A stretch of DNA of 64,000 nt from positions 72,230,001-72,294,000 of the forward strand of contig NC_083226.1 of NCBI RefSeq assembly GCF_032191835.1. The letters are read 5' to 3'. The number at the start of each line of letters is the position of its first letter. The first letter of the stretch is position 1. Below are positions 1 through 12,109 of this stretch, in pieces. The translations under genes and the position numbers were made by a program. The notes under the pieces are model-generated. The model was not told the origin of the DNA, did no database searches, and saw only the letters and a list, made by a program, of their open reading frames with translations. The stretch is from Heteronotia binoei (Eukaryota).

Positions 1-1487
1 AGATCTGGGAAATTACAGGCCAATCTGTCTGACTTCAATACCAGGAAAGTTGGTGGAAACCATTATTAAAGAGAGAATTAGTAAACACAATAATGAGCAA
101 AAGTTATTGAGGAAGAGTCAGCATGGATTCTATAAGGGAAGATCTTGTCTCACTAACCTGTTAGAGTTCTTTGAAGGGGTGAACAAACATGTGGACAAAG
201 GGGACCCAATAGATGTTGTTTACCTTGACTTCCACAAAGCTTTTGATAAAGTTTCTCATTAAAAGGCTCCTAAATAAGCTCAAGAGTCATGGGGTAAAAG
301 GGCAAGTCCTCTTGTGGATCAAAACCTGGCTAATCATCAGAAAAGAGTGAGTATAAATGGGCAATTTTCAGAGTGGTGGGTGGTAAGCAGTGGGGTACCG
401 CAGGGCTCAGTACTGGGTCCAATGCTCTTTAACTTGTTCATTAACGATTCAGAGTTGGGAGTAAGCAGTGAAGTGGCTAAGTTTGTGAATGACACTAAAT
501 TGTTCAGGGAGGTGAGAACCAGAGAGGATTGTAAGGCTCTCCAAAGGGATCTGTTGAGGCTAGGCAAGTGGGCATCAACATGGCAAATGAGGTTCAACAT
601 GTTCAAGTGCAAAGTAATGCACATTGGGGCCAAAAATCCTAACTATAAATACAAGTTGATGGGATGTGAACTGGCGGAGACCGACTGGGAGAAAGATCTT
701 GGGATTGTGGTAGATAACTCACTGAAAAAGTCAAGACAGTGTACAACTGCAATAAAAAATGGCCAATGCTATGCTGGGAATTAATAGGAAGAGAATTGAA
801 AACAAATTAGCCAATATCATAATGCCCCTATATAAATCGATGGTGCAGCCTCATTTGGTATATTGTGTACAATTCTGGTCACCGCACCTCAAAAAAGATA
901 TGGCATTGGAAAAAGTACAGAAAAGGGCAACTAGAAGTTGGAATAACAGATTAAAGGGTTGGAACACTTTCCTTATGAAGAAAGGTTAAAACGCTTGGGG
1001 CGCTTTAGCTTGGAGAAACATCAACTGAGGGGTGACCTGACAGAGGTTTACAAGATTATGCATGGGATAGAGAAGGTAGAGAAAAAAGTACTTTTCTCCC
1101 TTTCTCACAATACGGGAACTCATAGACATTCAATGAAATTGCTGAGCAGTCGCGTTAGAACGGATAAAAGGAAGTACTTCTTCACCCAAAAGGTGATTAA
1201 CACATGGAATTCACTGACACAGGAGGTGGTGGTGACTGCAAGCATACAGCTTCAAGAGGGAATTGGATAAGCATATGGAGCAGAAGTCCATCAGTGGCTA
1301 TTAGCCACAGCGTATTTTTGGAACTCTCTGTCTGAGACAGTGATGGTCTGTATTCTTGGTGCTTGGAGGGGCACAGTGATTTCCTGGCCCCACTGATGGA
1401 CCTCCTGATGGTACCTAGTTTTTTTAGCCACTGTGTGATACAGAATGTCATTGGCCTTAACCATCATGGCTTTTCTTATGTTCTTAA
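1..1487 (+). mobile_element. CR1 LINE 3' portion (RT C-terminus + 3' UTR), degraded
   Basis: ORF pieces carry CR1 RT motifs (QHGFYKGRSCLTNLL, YLDFHKAFDKV, GVPQGSVLGP, LEKVQKRAT) broken by stops and frameshifts. Ends in a TTCTTATGTTCTT-type tail near 1470-1487. Confidence 0.93.
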
Positions 1488-1519
1488 GTGAAATTCTAAG
1501 GGGTTTAAGATGGTAAATT

Positions 1520-1710
1520 ATGAGAGCCAGTTTGGTGTAGTGGTTAAGTGTGTGGACTCTTATCTGGGAGAACCGGGTTTGATTCCCCACTCCTCCACTT
1601 GCACCTGCTGGAATGGCCTTGGATTAGCCATAGCTCTGGCGAGGTTGTCCTTGAAAGGGCAGCTGCTTTGAGAGCTCTCTCAGCCCCACCCACCTCACAG
1701 AATGTCTGTT
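1520..1710 (+). mobile_element. tRNA-derived SINE (squamate MIR/L2-tail type), partial
   Basis: Pol III A-box-like GGTGTAGTGGTTAAG and B-box-like GGTTTGATTCCC. Same family recurs at 24385 and 58797. Confidence 0.8.
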
Positions 1711-2849
1711 GCCCTCATCTCTTTCTCAGGCAGAATAACATCTTTGAAAGTAAAATTTATGTTAAAATTACTATCTTTTGTGTATAAATGGTATAAAAAT
1801 GGTGTATCAATATATCTAATTCTCAACATTGCCAAATCTGTGGATACTTAAAGCCAGAGACCGGGGGCCATGGAAAGACAGATCTTTCTACAAATCTGAA
1901 AAATGCTCTGGTCATTACAAAAAGAAATTATAGAAGCAGCTCCTGTAGTTTTAAGAAAAGAATGCCCTCAGTGCTCATTGCTAGACAACTGCAACAGTGC
2001 TTTCAGATTTCAGACCTTGGTTTCTGGGAGTAATAAGGAAGGGGAGAGGCAGGGCCCTTTCTATGGAAGCTTCACTTTTTGAAAGAGGACTTATGGATGC
2101 CATGTCCACCAGCAACGAGTGACTTGATCCCACATGACTCATTCAGGACTGGTTGCTTGCCACTGTTCAGCAGCTGCAGCCCCATGATAGCTAGTCACCA
2201 GCCTCCTGTGGAAACTCAGTAGCTTACCTCATAGGGTTGTTGTGAGGAGAATAATGTAAGCTGATGTGGGTCCTCATTGTGGAGAAGGCAGGGTATAAAT
2301 GAAGCAAATAAATGTTGCTGAAAGATAGGCAGCAGATAAAAGGTAAGTTGGTTGCTGGATGGGAAGGAGAGAAGGAAGCAGGAAAAGGTAAGAATATGGA
2401 AGTTGCCATTCATAAGGAAAGAGGAAGTAATTTGGGAATGAGGATATAGGGGGGGGGGGAAACACAAGTCTCTGCAAGTTTTCCATCATACAACCAGTCA
2501 GTACAGCGCAAATGTGTCAGTTTTCCCAGGTACATATTGCCAAGAGCAGGGAAGGAGGGAATACTGAAGACAGGGGAACAGAAGAAGAGGGAGGGGGAGA
2601 AGGAAGCAGGAAATGGGAAGAGGCTATGGGAACTTTCAGAGAATTGAAAAAGTTAATAGTGGGGAAGTGGAAAATGATATGCCTCCAGCAGTTCTTACAG
2701 TTGTCCTGTTTGTAATGTACAAATGCTATAAAATGAATGAAGCAGGAAAACTAGAAGAGAAAATATATCTAGTGAAAATACAATGAATATACAGAAACAT
2801 GAAAAGAAACAAAAATGGCATATGTAGTAATGGCCACAAGTAGGGGAAT

Positions 2850-3075
2850 TAGATCAATGGCAGATAGGTCTACCAGTGGCTACTAGCCATGGTGACTAAA
2901 GGGCACCTCCACATTTAGAGACAGTAAACCTCTGAATACCAGTGTCAGGAGTTAACATCAAGGAAAAGCTTCAGCTTCTATGCCCTATTGTTGGACCTCC
3001 AGAGGAACTGGTTGGCCACTGTATGTAAGACAGAATGCTGAAATGCTGGTCCAACAAGGCTCTTTTATGTTCTTA
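2850..3075 (+). mobile_element. CR1 3' UTR fragment
   Basis: Resembles the 3' UTR at 1270-1487 (CAGTGGCTACTAGCC... TTTTATGTTCTTATG). Confidence 0.65.
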
Positions 3076-6000
3076 TGGGAGCCAGTATGCTCTATAAGCC
3101 ATTTTTCCCCATTTTGGCAGAATAAATATTTTCCAGGAACATAGTATCCTGAGGTTATATATTATAAGCTCCAAACTTATAGATAAAACTTATTCAGTGC
3201 AATCATATGGTTGAATGTGGCAATATTGCATTGAAACAAATTAAACACTATGTATGAATCCAATACTTTTAATGGATTGCATCATGGATTCTATTGCAAT
3301 CCATTTGAATTCATGCTGTTATGCCAATAAAGGTTGTGTGATGTGACAATAGATTGCATACCTAATTCACATTCTGAATGACTATCACCACTTGAATGCT
3401 TGTTTATTAATCTGTCACAATCATCTACATGACTGTGCTAAAACCTCCTATTCCTGTCCCCAGCATGAACCTGTTCTCCATCTTTTGCCCAAGGACAAAC
3501 TTGCTACACCTTCTTTAGTGAGAAACATGTTCAAGTTTCTAAAGACAGTTCTGAGTTTGACATAAGTGGCTCTTTGATCTAGAACTAAAGAGATCAGAGG
3601 ACTATTGCAAGCCAGACCCCAACAGTTGATATTTTGTGCAGAAGACAAATAAAGTCAAGAAAATATTGAAGAGGAGCCATGTTTTAAATGTGTAGCAACA
3701 CTTATCTGTTCTAAAAGTCAACCTCCTGCTGCTCACATTTGTATTTAATTTGTGAACAGTAGGCAGAAATTTGGAATTCACAGACACTCCATTCTTCCCA
3801 GCCCACCACATATTTTAACTTGGGAAATAGTTATCTAAAGTGACAGTGTTTTTCCCCAGTTGGAGGTCTGCAAAAGAAACATGCTGACTGACCCACAGAT
3901 AATATAATTACTTTTCTGCAACGCTGAGGACCTCCATGGTACTGTACTGTTGATGCCAAAGAGCTGCCATTGAGAAGCTATTTCAAGGACTGTTTTTACT
4001 TGGAGCATGACAAATACTTTGGTCTCCAAAGTACCTAGACAAGACAACTGCCACTGATTCACTTCCATCTTGGACACAAACACTTCATATGTTGAGCAAC
4101 CAATTTTGTACCTATGGAGGCTGATCCATATTACTAATCTGAAAGACATCTGAAAGGTTCAGATAATCAAATGGTAAAACAAAATGCTTAAATGGAAACT
4201 GGATGCCCCAAGACTTCATAAAACAGTGAATCTGGATAATTAGGTAATGACAGTACTAAACTGTAGAACTGTGTGCCATAATTGTTGTGAGAGTATTCCT
4301 AAAAAGTGGGGGTTATTTTCAGGGAATTCTTAGAATTGCACTGTAAGAGGCTGAGCTGAGATGTGAATAAGAGAGCTGACCATTTAAATCTCACTTGTGC
4401 CATGGCCACTGTATTTTAGCCTTGGGTGCCCATCTGTGATACTATAATAATAACAGTCATAACTATGATGACGGTTGCAGCAGCCTTTATAATCCATCAT
4501 CACAAATATTAATGGTTTGGAAGTGTCAGTTTTGTATTCATCCTAGAGTACATGTACAGAATTCCCAAACAGTGAGGATGTATCAAATCTCCTCATTGAA
4601 CCTCATTGGTGTTAATCCATTGGTGTAACCTTGATCCATTTTAATTGGCTTCAATTATCTCATGAATGTCAGTCCAAGAGACTCTGCTTTGGTGCTTTAG
4701 ATTAAGCTTCTGTTTCAGCATTCTTTCTCCAGCGCTGTTTTTGATTTCTCAGAAGAATTACTGAAAAGCAAGCATACTGATCAATGTTTTCTTTCTGTAG
4801 CAAGCAGGTTCAAAATTATTGATGAAATTAGAATTGCAGATGTGAAGTTGCTGGGAACATGATGGTTTTAGCATGTAATTGTTAGGATATTGTAACATGG
4901 TATATCTTTAATGCAATGTTGCAAAGTGAAATGGCTCCTCATGTTCACTCAGAATCCCACTTCAGAAACTGTGACATGAGTTATACCATTCAAACAGTAA
5001 ACATAATGAAATTTGAGATTATGAAAGTCTTTTTTAGGTCAAAATGGATCATAACCACATTATTTTCTTCTTGGCCTGTGTAATAGCTTGGGTCATTAAT
5101 AACCCAGAGACCACCTCCTCTCTTTTACACCATAATAACCATTAAATTTAAAGCACCTTTTTGATTTTAACTTCTGCAAGCTAAATTAAAATAAAAGCAT
5201 AAAAATGTGTTTTTAGGGCCTTTTCTTTTTGGGATGGCATTCAATGACCAAAATCATACAAATGAATAGTATTTATAATGTAATTATACATTTATATACA
5301 TTGTATCCACCTGCCCTTGAGGACAGGACAGGAATTGAAATAAATTGAATTAAATAATGATTATGTGAATACATATGTTTGCTTCCTTTGAAGAATTATA
5401 CATACGGGGAGTCTACTAAAATGTTAATGAATGTGCTTCATAGATTCAGCCACAAATTATTACACCAGTATGATATTGGAGACCCACAGAACAATGGAAA
5501 CATCTTCTTTTCTCAGTGTCGTTGCCAACATTTGCTGATGTCATCCTGGGATCATGGATGCAGGCGGGCAATTCAATCACTTTATCAGCAATTCTAGAAA
5601 AGTACATTTAAATGGAAACTACTGTTTTCTATAAATTTATGAAAAACAAACCATTGGGTTTTAAATGGCATGTAAGTTTTTATAACACTTTCAAACTATC
5701 TCAATTTTCCTGTTTCTTTAAACTTAACCCCCCTCCTTGTTCAGTGACACTTTCCTGTGTAAAAAATAAGGAAAAATAAATACAGCCTTTTATACTTCCA
5801 CACTAGATCAGAACATCAAAAACAGATAAAACCTCAACAAGTTAATTAACTGCACTTGTACATCTTCCATAAGAACTCAGTAATAAGATCACAAATGGGT
5901 GAATGAAATGGTCTTTAACTTCACATGTGAACAAAGCCTCAAAACATTTGTATATTTGACTGAGCCATAACAGAAATGCAAAGCAATAGTCATCTGGAAT

Positions 6001-6699
6001 TAATTTTACTAACTCTCCAAAAATAATTTTTTGGACTGAGAATAAGCATGAAAACTTTAATACTAAACCAATCATTTACATGGCTATAAAGGAAATGAAA
6101 AAAGGCAGTTAGAATGGAATGGTTCTGGCAGCGTTATTTATGGCTCTGTGGTACCTTTGATTCACTGCTCTCCAACGTCAATAGAGCTGAAAAGGTTTTA
6201 ATGTATTATAAATGAACAATGGAACTAATCTCAAATGGCACCATTGCCAGTTTCTGATCGAGAAATGTATGTGGACTAATAGAATTTGCTCTATACTGAA
6301 AGATATGTTTTTAAAAAGCCATAGGAGGACTGTCTATATATACGTCATGTGGCAGATTTTAGAACCACCTTATGATCTTTGGGGCTGCAAGAGCAAAAAT
6401 ACATTTTGGAAACATTTGGCTGTTAGGCCTGAACTAGATGCTAGGGTTATTCCTCAGAAATATCGCAAAGTACCTCCACAAAATGATTCACTTCTGTCTT
6501 TGTTGCAATCAACTCTATTTCTAAAACAACAAGTCAAGTTTTGCATCCAAGTATAGGTATGGCACAATAATACATAATGAATTTGGTGTGGTCACTGAAA
6601 AATATTTCCACATTATGCAATTCCAGGAGGCACCTTTAAATTTAATCGTCTACATGTATCATGGCCATCCAGATGGTACTTCAATTTCAAATACCATAA

Positions 6700-6860
6700 A
6701 ATCATAGAGTTGGACGGGGCCATACAGGCCATCTAGTCCAACCCCTTGATCAATGGAGGATGAGCCTAAGCATCCCTGACAAGTGTTCATCCAGATGCTG
6801 CTTGGAAACTGCCAGTGAGGGGGAGCTCACCACCTCCCTAGGCAGCTGATTGATGAACTA
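6700..6860 (-). mobile_element. CR1-type LINE 3' end fragment
   Basis: Reverse complement resembles the + strand fragment at 48870-49200 (GGACTAGATGGCC; GGTGGTGAGCTCCCCCTCACTGGCAG). Confidence 0.65.
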
Positions 6861-7499
6861 CTCTTACCCCATTTGAGACACCAGCCCATGGAAGCATTTC
6901 TCAACAGTCACCACAAGCAGTGTGAGAATGTTTATAAAATTGCAACTGTCTTTTATTCCATATAGCTGAGAATAGGAGAAGAACCTTTACAACAATAATA
7001 CTGTCCTAAACTAATTCACATAGTGCTTTTTGAAAAAGCAAGAGCAGAGATTTCTATGGAATTGAAGCTTAATTTCAAACCTAAAGAGTACATATCATTC
7101 ATTCTGAATTAGCAATTAGCTAATTGATTCAGGCTGTGAAACTGTTGACTATGTTTCATCAGCTAATGGCCTAACTCCCTAAACCACATTTTTCAATAGG
7201 ACTCTCTCTAACTTGACCTATTTTTGTTAATGATAGTATTATCAGTTTATCTTCATGCAGAATTTTTTTTAAATAGTTATTACTATTATTTATATTTCAA
7301 CTTCAAACTTGGCCACTTTAAGAACCATGAAAGTGGCAGAGAGAGTGAGACTAAGTAAATATGCAACAAGCCCACACCTAAGTAAATATGCAACAAGCCC
7401 ACACCTAACTGATGAGAAACTAAACATAGCTTTACCAGACTCCTGTTATATATTCTACTGTGATGTTTAATGTTTCTAAGGTTTTAAATGTTTTAAATA

Positions 7500-7910
7500 T
7501 TTTAAATGCTTATATATTTAAATGTTAGTCTAATTTTATGTTTGACTCTGTGTTGTAAGCTGCCCTGAGCCACTTCGTGGGAAGGGCGGGATATAAATCC
7601 TAAATAAATAAATAAATAAAAATAAGGTTAGTCCTTGTTTTGCTTAAGAAAGTTTATTTTAATATTAAGGGGGTAGTCACTGGAGTATTTAATATTCAAT
7701 TGAACATTCAATCAACATTTTGTCTGGAGAACAGGTTACTTGTTCTCTTTACTGTCATGTCAGTAAGCTAGACACTTCTCCATGATATACTAGTTTTTGA
7801 TGTCTAGGAAATTATACATATTATGTCTTGTGAGCCGCCCTGAGCCTGCCTTGGCGGGGAGGGCGGGATATAAATAAAAATTTATTTTTTTTATTATTAT
7901 TATTATATTA
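7500..7910 (+). mobile_element. Two L2-type 3' tails
   Basis: GCTGCCCTGAGCC...GGGCGGGATATAAAT followed by (TAAA)n or (ATT)n at ~7555-7625 and ~7830-7910. Same tail ends the L2 fragment at 49770-49875. Confidence 0.65.
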
Positions 7911-9332
7911 GGAAGTTTTCAAAGGAAGATTTCTTGCCTGGCTCTGAGGTGGTTCAGTCCAGTACCATGTGATCTTGCTCATTGCATAGCTTTTCCCTGA
8001 GCCCTAATTCATGATTCAGCTAGAAGAAGCATTGAAATACCATGGTGGAGGACCACACAGACAGTTTCCATTCTAGACCAAAATTTCCACATGAATGGCC
8101 AATTATGAAAATATCCAGTTTTATGAAAGCCCCCACAAAAGCACTGAAAGATCACATAAACCTTTTCTCTGTACAGTTAGCATTGGTCATATGGAAGGTT
8201 CAATTTACACTAGAAATTATCTATGTTATAGAGGAGGGAAGCTAGTGCTGTCCACTGCTATGCTATTTCAGTGTCATCCATAACTACATATCCATCACTA
8301 TATTACAAATAAGGGTTCACTGTTGCTGTCTGGTGCACCAGAAAAGAAATAACTAGAAGAGATATACATCACCAGTTGCTCTAGCAATCCCCAGAAATCT
8401 ATGAGTTTTTAGAGGATTACTATAGCCCTGATGATGCAGGATATCATGCAATTATTTAACCAGAAGTGATCTTGTGGTATCACATGATAGCACACAATGC
8501 TCAGCCCCTTTCCAGAAACAGCCAGAGGCTGCCAGCTGGCAAATCTACTTGCTGGGCAATGAATCCTTGAGAGTAGGCCTCATAACATTCACACACAATT
8601 TTTTTGTTTGATTTTTCAAATTGGTCATATAGCATAGGGAATGCTTAATTCAGAAAGTGCTAGTATGAAACGGATATAACGAGCAAAAGCAGCAGCAATT
8701 TTGCAGAGACTAATCACTAAAATTGCTGAAGTTTTCTGCAGGACTTTCATGTATGTGAACTGCTTGACTGTGTTAAAAGAATATGATACACCACAAAAAA
8801 GGGGGGAGGGGGAATTAGGCTACAGTCTTGATGCTGTAGCACAGGAACTAATCCAGGTGGTGCCAAGAAGAGCAGCCAAGGTAGCAACAAACTGCAAAGG
8901 GGATTTTCTTCAATACATATAAAATGTGCCATCAGGCCCAAGAGAGATTATTACCAGACCTGGAGCTTAGTCCCCTGGCTTTTCAATGTTACTTGAGATT
9001 GACCTCATTTAGTTTCTTCATTGTCTGAAAAGGCTTGTGCACTGAAAGGGAGTTCACATGTTAGGAAAGAAAAACATGTTTTTGAGCTTACTCTACTACC
9101 TGAAAATGTTAGATCTGGTCAAGAAGGGGAGTGTAATGCAATATTTCACTTGGATTCTCACATTAACAGTTTTATTAGTAATGAGTACAACTATTGTATG
9201 TCTGCATTTGAATCAACTACCACATCAGCTACTACAGAATGAAAGATTACCTGTACCAAGTAATGATTTCACAAATAGTGTTCAAGGAAGCTGCTTGCAA
9301 TTTGTGATCAAACTGTAATTTGAATACTGGTT

Positions 9333-9617
9333 GGTAGTAGATTAGGGTACCCTATCATCATCAAGCTGCATTCCAAAGTGACAGCTGCCCCGCCCACACA
9401 TGTGCGCGTACACACAAAAATGAACGTCATATGTTTCTCATGGGGGAGTGATGCAACAGTCCCCGAGGAGGCGGCTAGGGATCTGCCCCCACCAGGAATG
9501 CCTGCTTTTTCCTAAGGGGAAAAGGAGGAGGAGCAACTGGTGTAGCTGGCTTCATATTGTTTGAGGAAAAGCGTGTTTTGCAACACATACGTTATTTAGA
9601 AAAATGTGGAGATGCAA
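9333..9617 (+). repeat. Maverick left terminal inverted repeat (~285 bp)
   Basis: Aligns by eye with the reverse complement of 21040-21323, roughly 85-90% identical. Confidence 0.93.
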
Positions 9618-9901
9618 CAGTTTTCAAAAACAGACACATTGCTTTAGGACCCCCTCAAAGTCAATAGTTTACAGGTGGGAAGTGCAGGCACCAGAAATGT
9701 CGTTGTCCAATATTTCTGAAATGTTGCCGGCCATCCCTGGTTGTCACAGGGCGTGTCCCCTGCAACATTTAAACACACATGAGTGTCGGTGGTGCTTTCC
9801 CATGGAACTCTTTAAAATAGGGGAGACCCCCCCCCCACTCCATGGCATGCATTTGTTGCTTTTGGTTTCCCGGCTCTGTTGAACCATCATTTTATAAAGA
9901 A

Positions 9902-11516
9902 ATGAATGCTGTGGAGGCTGACAGGGTTCTGGCTTTGGAACAGGCTGTTCATGATGATATGAACACAGTGGAGACCGATGGGGGGGAAGCCGATGCTGGT
10001 GAGGAACCTGTTTATGAGGAGATGATGCATCCTTCACCCAAAAGCAATGGCAAGGAGTCTGGACATGATGAGGGAAAAGATGAAGCAGAGGATGAGGAAA
10101 AAGAGGAATGGGCGCAGTGTAATCAGAATTGGAAAGAGGATGTAAGTAGCACAAAGGAAACAAAGATGTTGTTGATGGGGGGCCGGACAGAAAATATTTA
10201 GAATTGTGTTTTTTCTTTTGCAGATGGAGGATGAAGGACTGTATTGGAGACTGATTGATCGAATTCTGGAATTGGCGCATAGTAGAGTGAGAACAAACTG
10301 TTGTAAATTCTGTACTACGATTACATATTGTCAAGAGAGTAGTTGTGTGAAAAATGCGACACACAAGAAGACTGGACAGGATGCGGAAGAGGAGGTGGAG
10401 GAAGAAGAAGAGAAAGAAGAAGAAAGTATAGTGTGTGCCGAATATTACCTAGAGAAGGTAAGTAGTGGGGAAACGTGAGAGGGATCCAGGGTGGTGTGGG
10501 GGACAGAATAAACATAGCTGTTTTTCTCTTGAAGAACAAATATGACGATGTGGAGTGGGAACAGTTTATACAAATTGTGGAAGTTGCACATGAGAAAGTG
10601 AATCCTTCATGTTATGGTTATTGTGAAGAAATAGCATGGTATCAAGAACACAGCTGGGTGAGAAAGAAAATGAAACGCCCACAACCTCCCTGCGTGCGAG
10701 ATTTATATCCGGGTGTAAGTTTTTTTATTTTAAAAGGGGGGGGGATGCGGATGTCTAGAAGGGAAATAGAAAGACTAAGACACTTTTCTTTCCTGACAAG
10801 GTGGGGAAAACTTGCCCGTATTCGGAGGTGGCGGATGTCGTCCCTGTGAAGCCAGAACCAAGTTGCTGCTGGGAATGCATGACCGTATATAACATGATTG
10901 TATATAAAGTTCAACCTGTAAAGAAGGATGATGAGGAAGATTCCCTAGCAGATGCTGAGCACGGTACCGGCAGTGATTCTGGAGCGGACATGGAGGATAC
11001 CTCTGGAGATTCTGGAACAGATACGGTGCCTGAAGCCATGGAAAAGGTGAGGGAACCCCCGACTTATGAAGCGCAAACACATGTGTTTCCAACGGATGCT
11101 GATCCAGCCAAGGATGGAGAAGAAGAAGACAACTGCCCATGCATTGAGGCTTTATTCCCCGATGTAAGTGTAATAAAACTGCACCAACTGTGTGAATGTA
11201 ACAAAGCAATATTTGAACTAAAAATGTGTTTTCTTCTTTGAACACAGGTGTGGGACAGACCCATTGATTTTGCACTACTGGCCAGATGCATTAGCGAGGA
11301 GATAAACCCAGGCTGTTGCTACCACTGTGGACTGGTCACCCTGTTTCAAAAAGAGGGATACGGTGCCCAAAGTGCGTCTGTAGATGTTCCAAAGTTTACA
11401 GTGTTCGAAGTAAGGGGGCAGACCTGTGTAAATTTCTGCAAAGGAAAGCCATGGAGCGTGCTGAGAAGCAGAAACAACTCGGAGAAAAAGATGAGAATCA
11501 GAACGAGTCAGAGTGA
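9902..11516 (+). CDS. Spliced Maverick accessory gene, acidic and Cys-rich, unknown function (at least 5 exons)
   Basis: Exons 9902(or 9842)-10141, 10224-10457, 10535-10714, 10801-11163, 11248-. Introns 10142-10223, 10458-10534, 10715-10800 and 11164-11247 all begin GTAAGT, end in a pyrimidine tract plus AG, and are phase 0, keeping the ORFs in frame. The start codon and 3' end are uncertain. Confidence 0.78.
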
Positions 11517-11718
11517 AGATCCAGTTTTTCTGTATATATGCAGCCTAATAAAAAAAAAAATACCTCCATTGTGGCAAAAGAGAGCAAAGTGTCATGACGC
11601 GCCACGGGGATGTGTTAAAAGGGATTTATTATAATCCGCGGGAGGTTGGTAGTTTTGGGGGTATTGAACTGCTATTTCAGGCAACATCTAAGAGGGGGTA
11701 TAAGGTGAGCAGAAATGA

Positions 11719-12109
11719 ACAGGGAAAACTAGATTTGTCGGTTCGAGCGTTATACACTTAATCATGGGTGACGAATTAGCGCTGCTGCTGGGGACTCCCC
11801 CTAACACACCGTTCAAAAACATTCAACACGCAAGGATATTACCAAAGGGTTTAATTCTCTGTACCTATATACCGATATCATAGAACACCAGCTGGTAGGG
11901 ACACAGCCGTGCCCCTTCTGCGCTGTGTTCCGATAAGAGGGAAAGCTCACGATTTTGTCACAGTCATCTATGATGAGCCCCACTACGTCCCCATCAACAA
12001 ACAGCATATCAAAACGATCTGCATAGAAATAAAGATGGATCAGAATCAACCCGTGTCATTCCGTTACGGTAAGGTCATCGTAAGGTTGCACTTACGACCG
12101 CGGGAAAAA
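11719..12109 (+). pseudogene. Minor capsid (penton-like) protein, C-terminal half only
   Basis: Frameshifted TGKTRF...MGDELALLLG / GFNSLYLYTDIIEHQLVG / PLLRCVPI...YVPINKQHIKTICIEIK...LHLRP, which I recognise as the C-terminal motifs of Polinton minor capsids. No N-terminal half is visible upstream. Confidence 0.8.

Noticed and set aside
1520-1580. tRNA gene calls for the A/B-box sequences (also at 14860, 24390, 58800)
   Set aside because: They continue into SINE bodies and tails and do not fold as complete cloverleafs.
3835-4149. 104-aa minus-strand ORF as a host exon
   Set aside because: No recognisable motif, and I could not find a consistent acceptor/donor pair in a single frame.
7351-7408. 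27-bp direct repeat CTAAGTAAATATGCAACAAGCCCACAC x2
   Set aside because: Simple local tandem duplication with no spacer; not CRISPR-like.
9744-11291. Minus-strand His/Leu/Pro-rich ORFs over the Maverick accessory region
   Set aside because: They are reverse-frame products of the GA-rich acidic exons; all splice signals are on the plus strand.
10224-11340. A canonical LxCxE Rb-binding motif in the accessory gene
   Set aside because: No exact match; only IxCxE and TxCxE variants, kept as a low-weight hypothesis.
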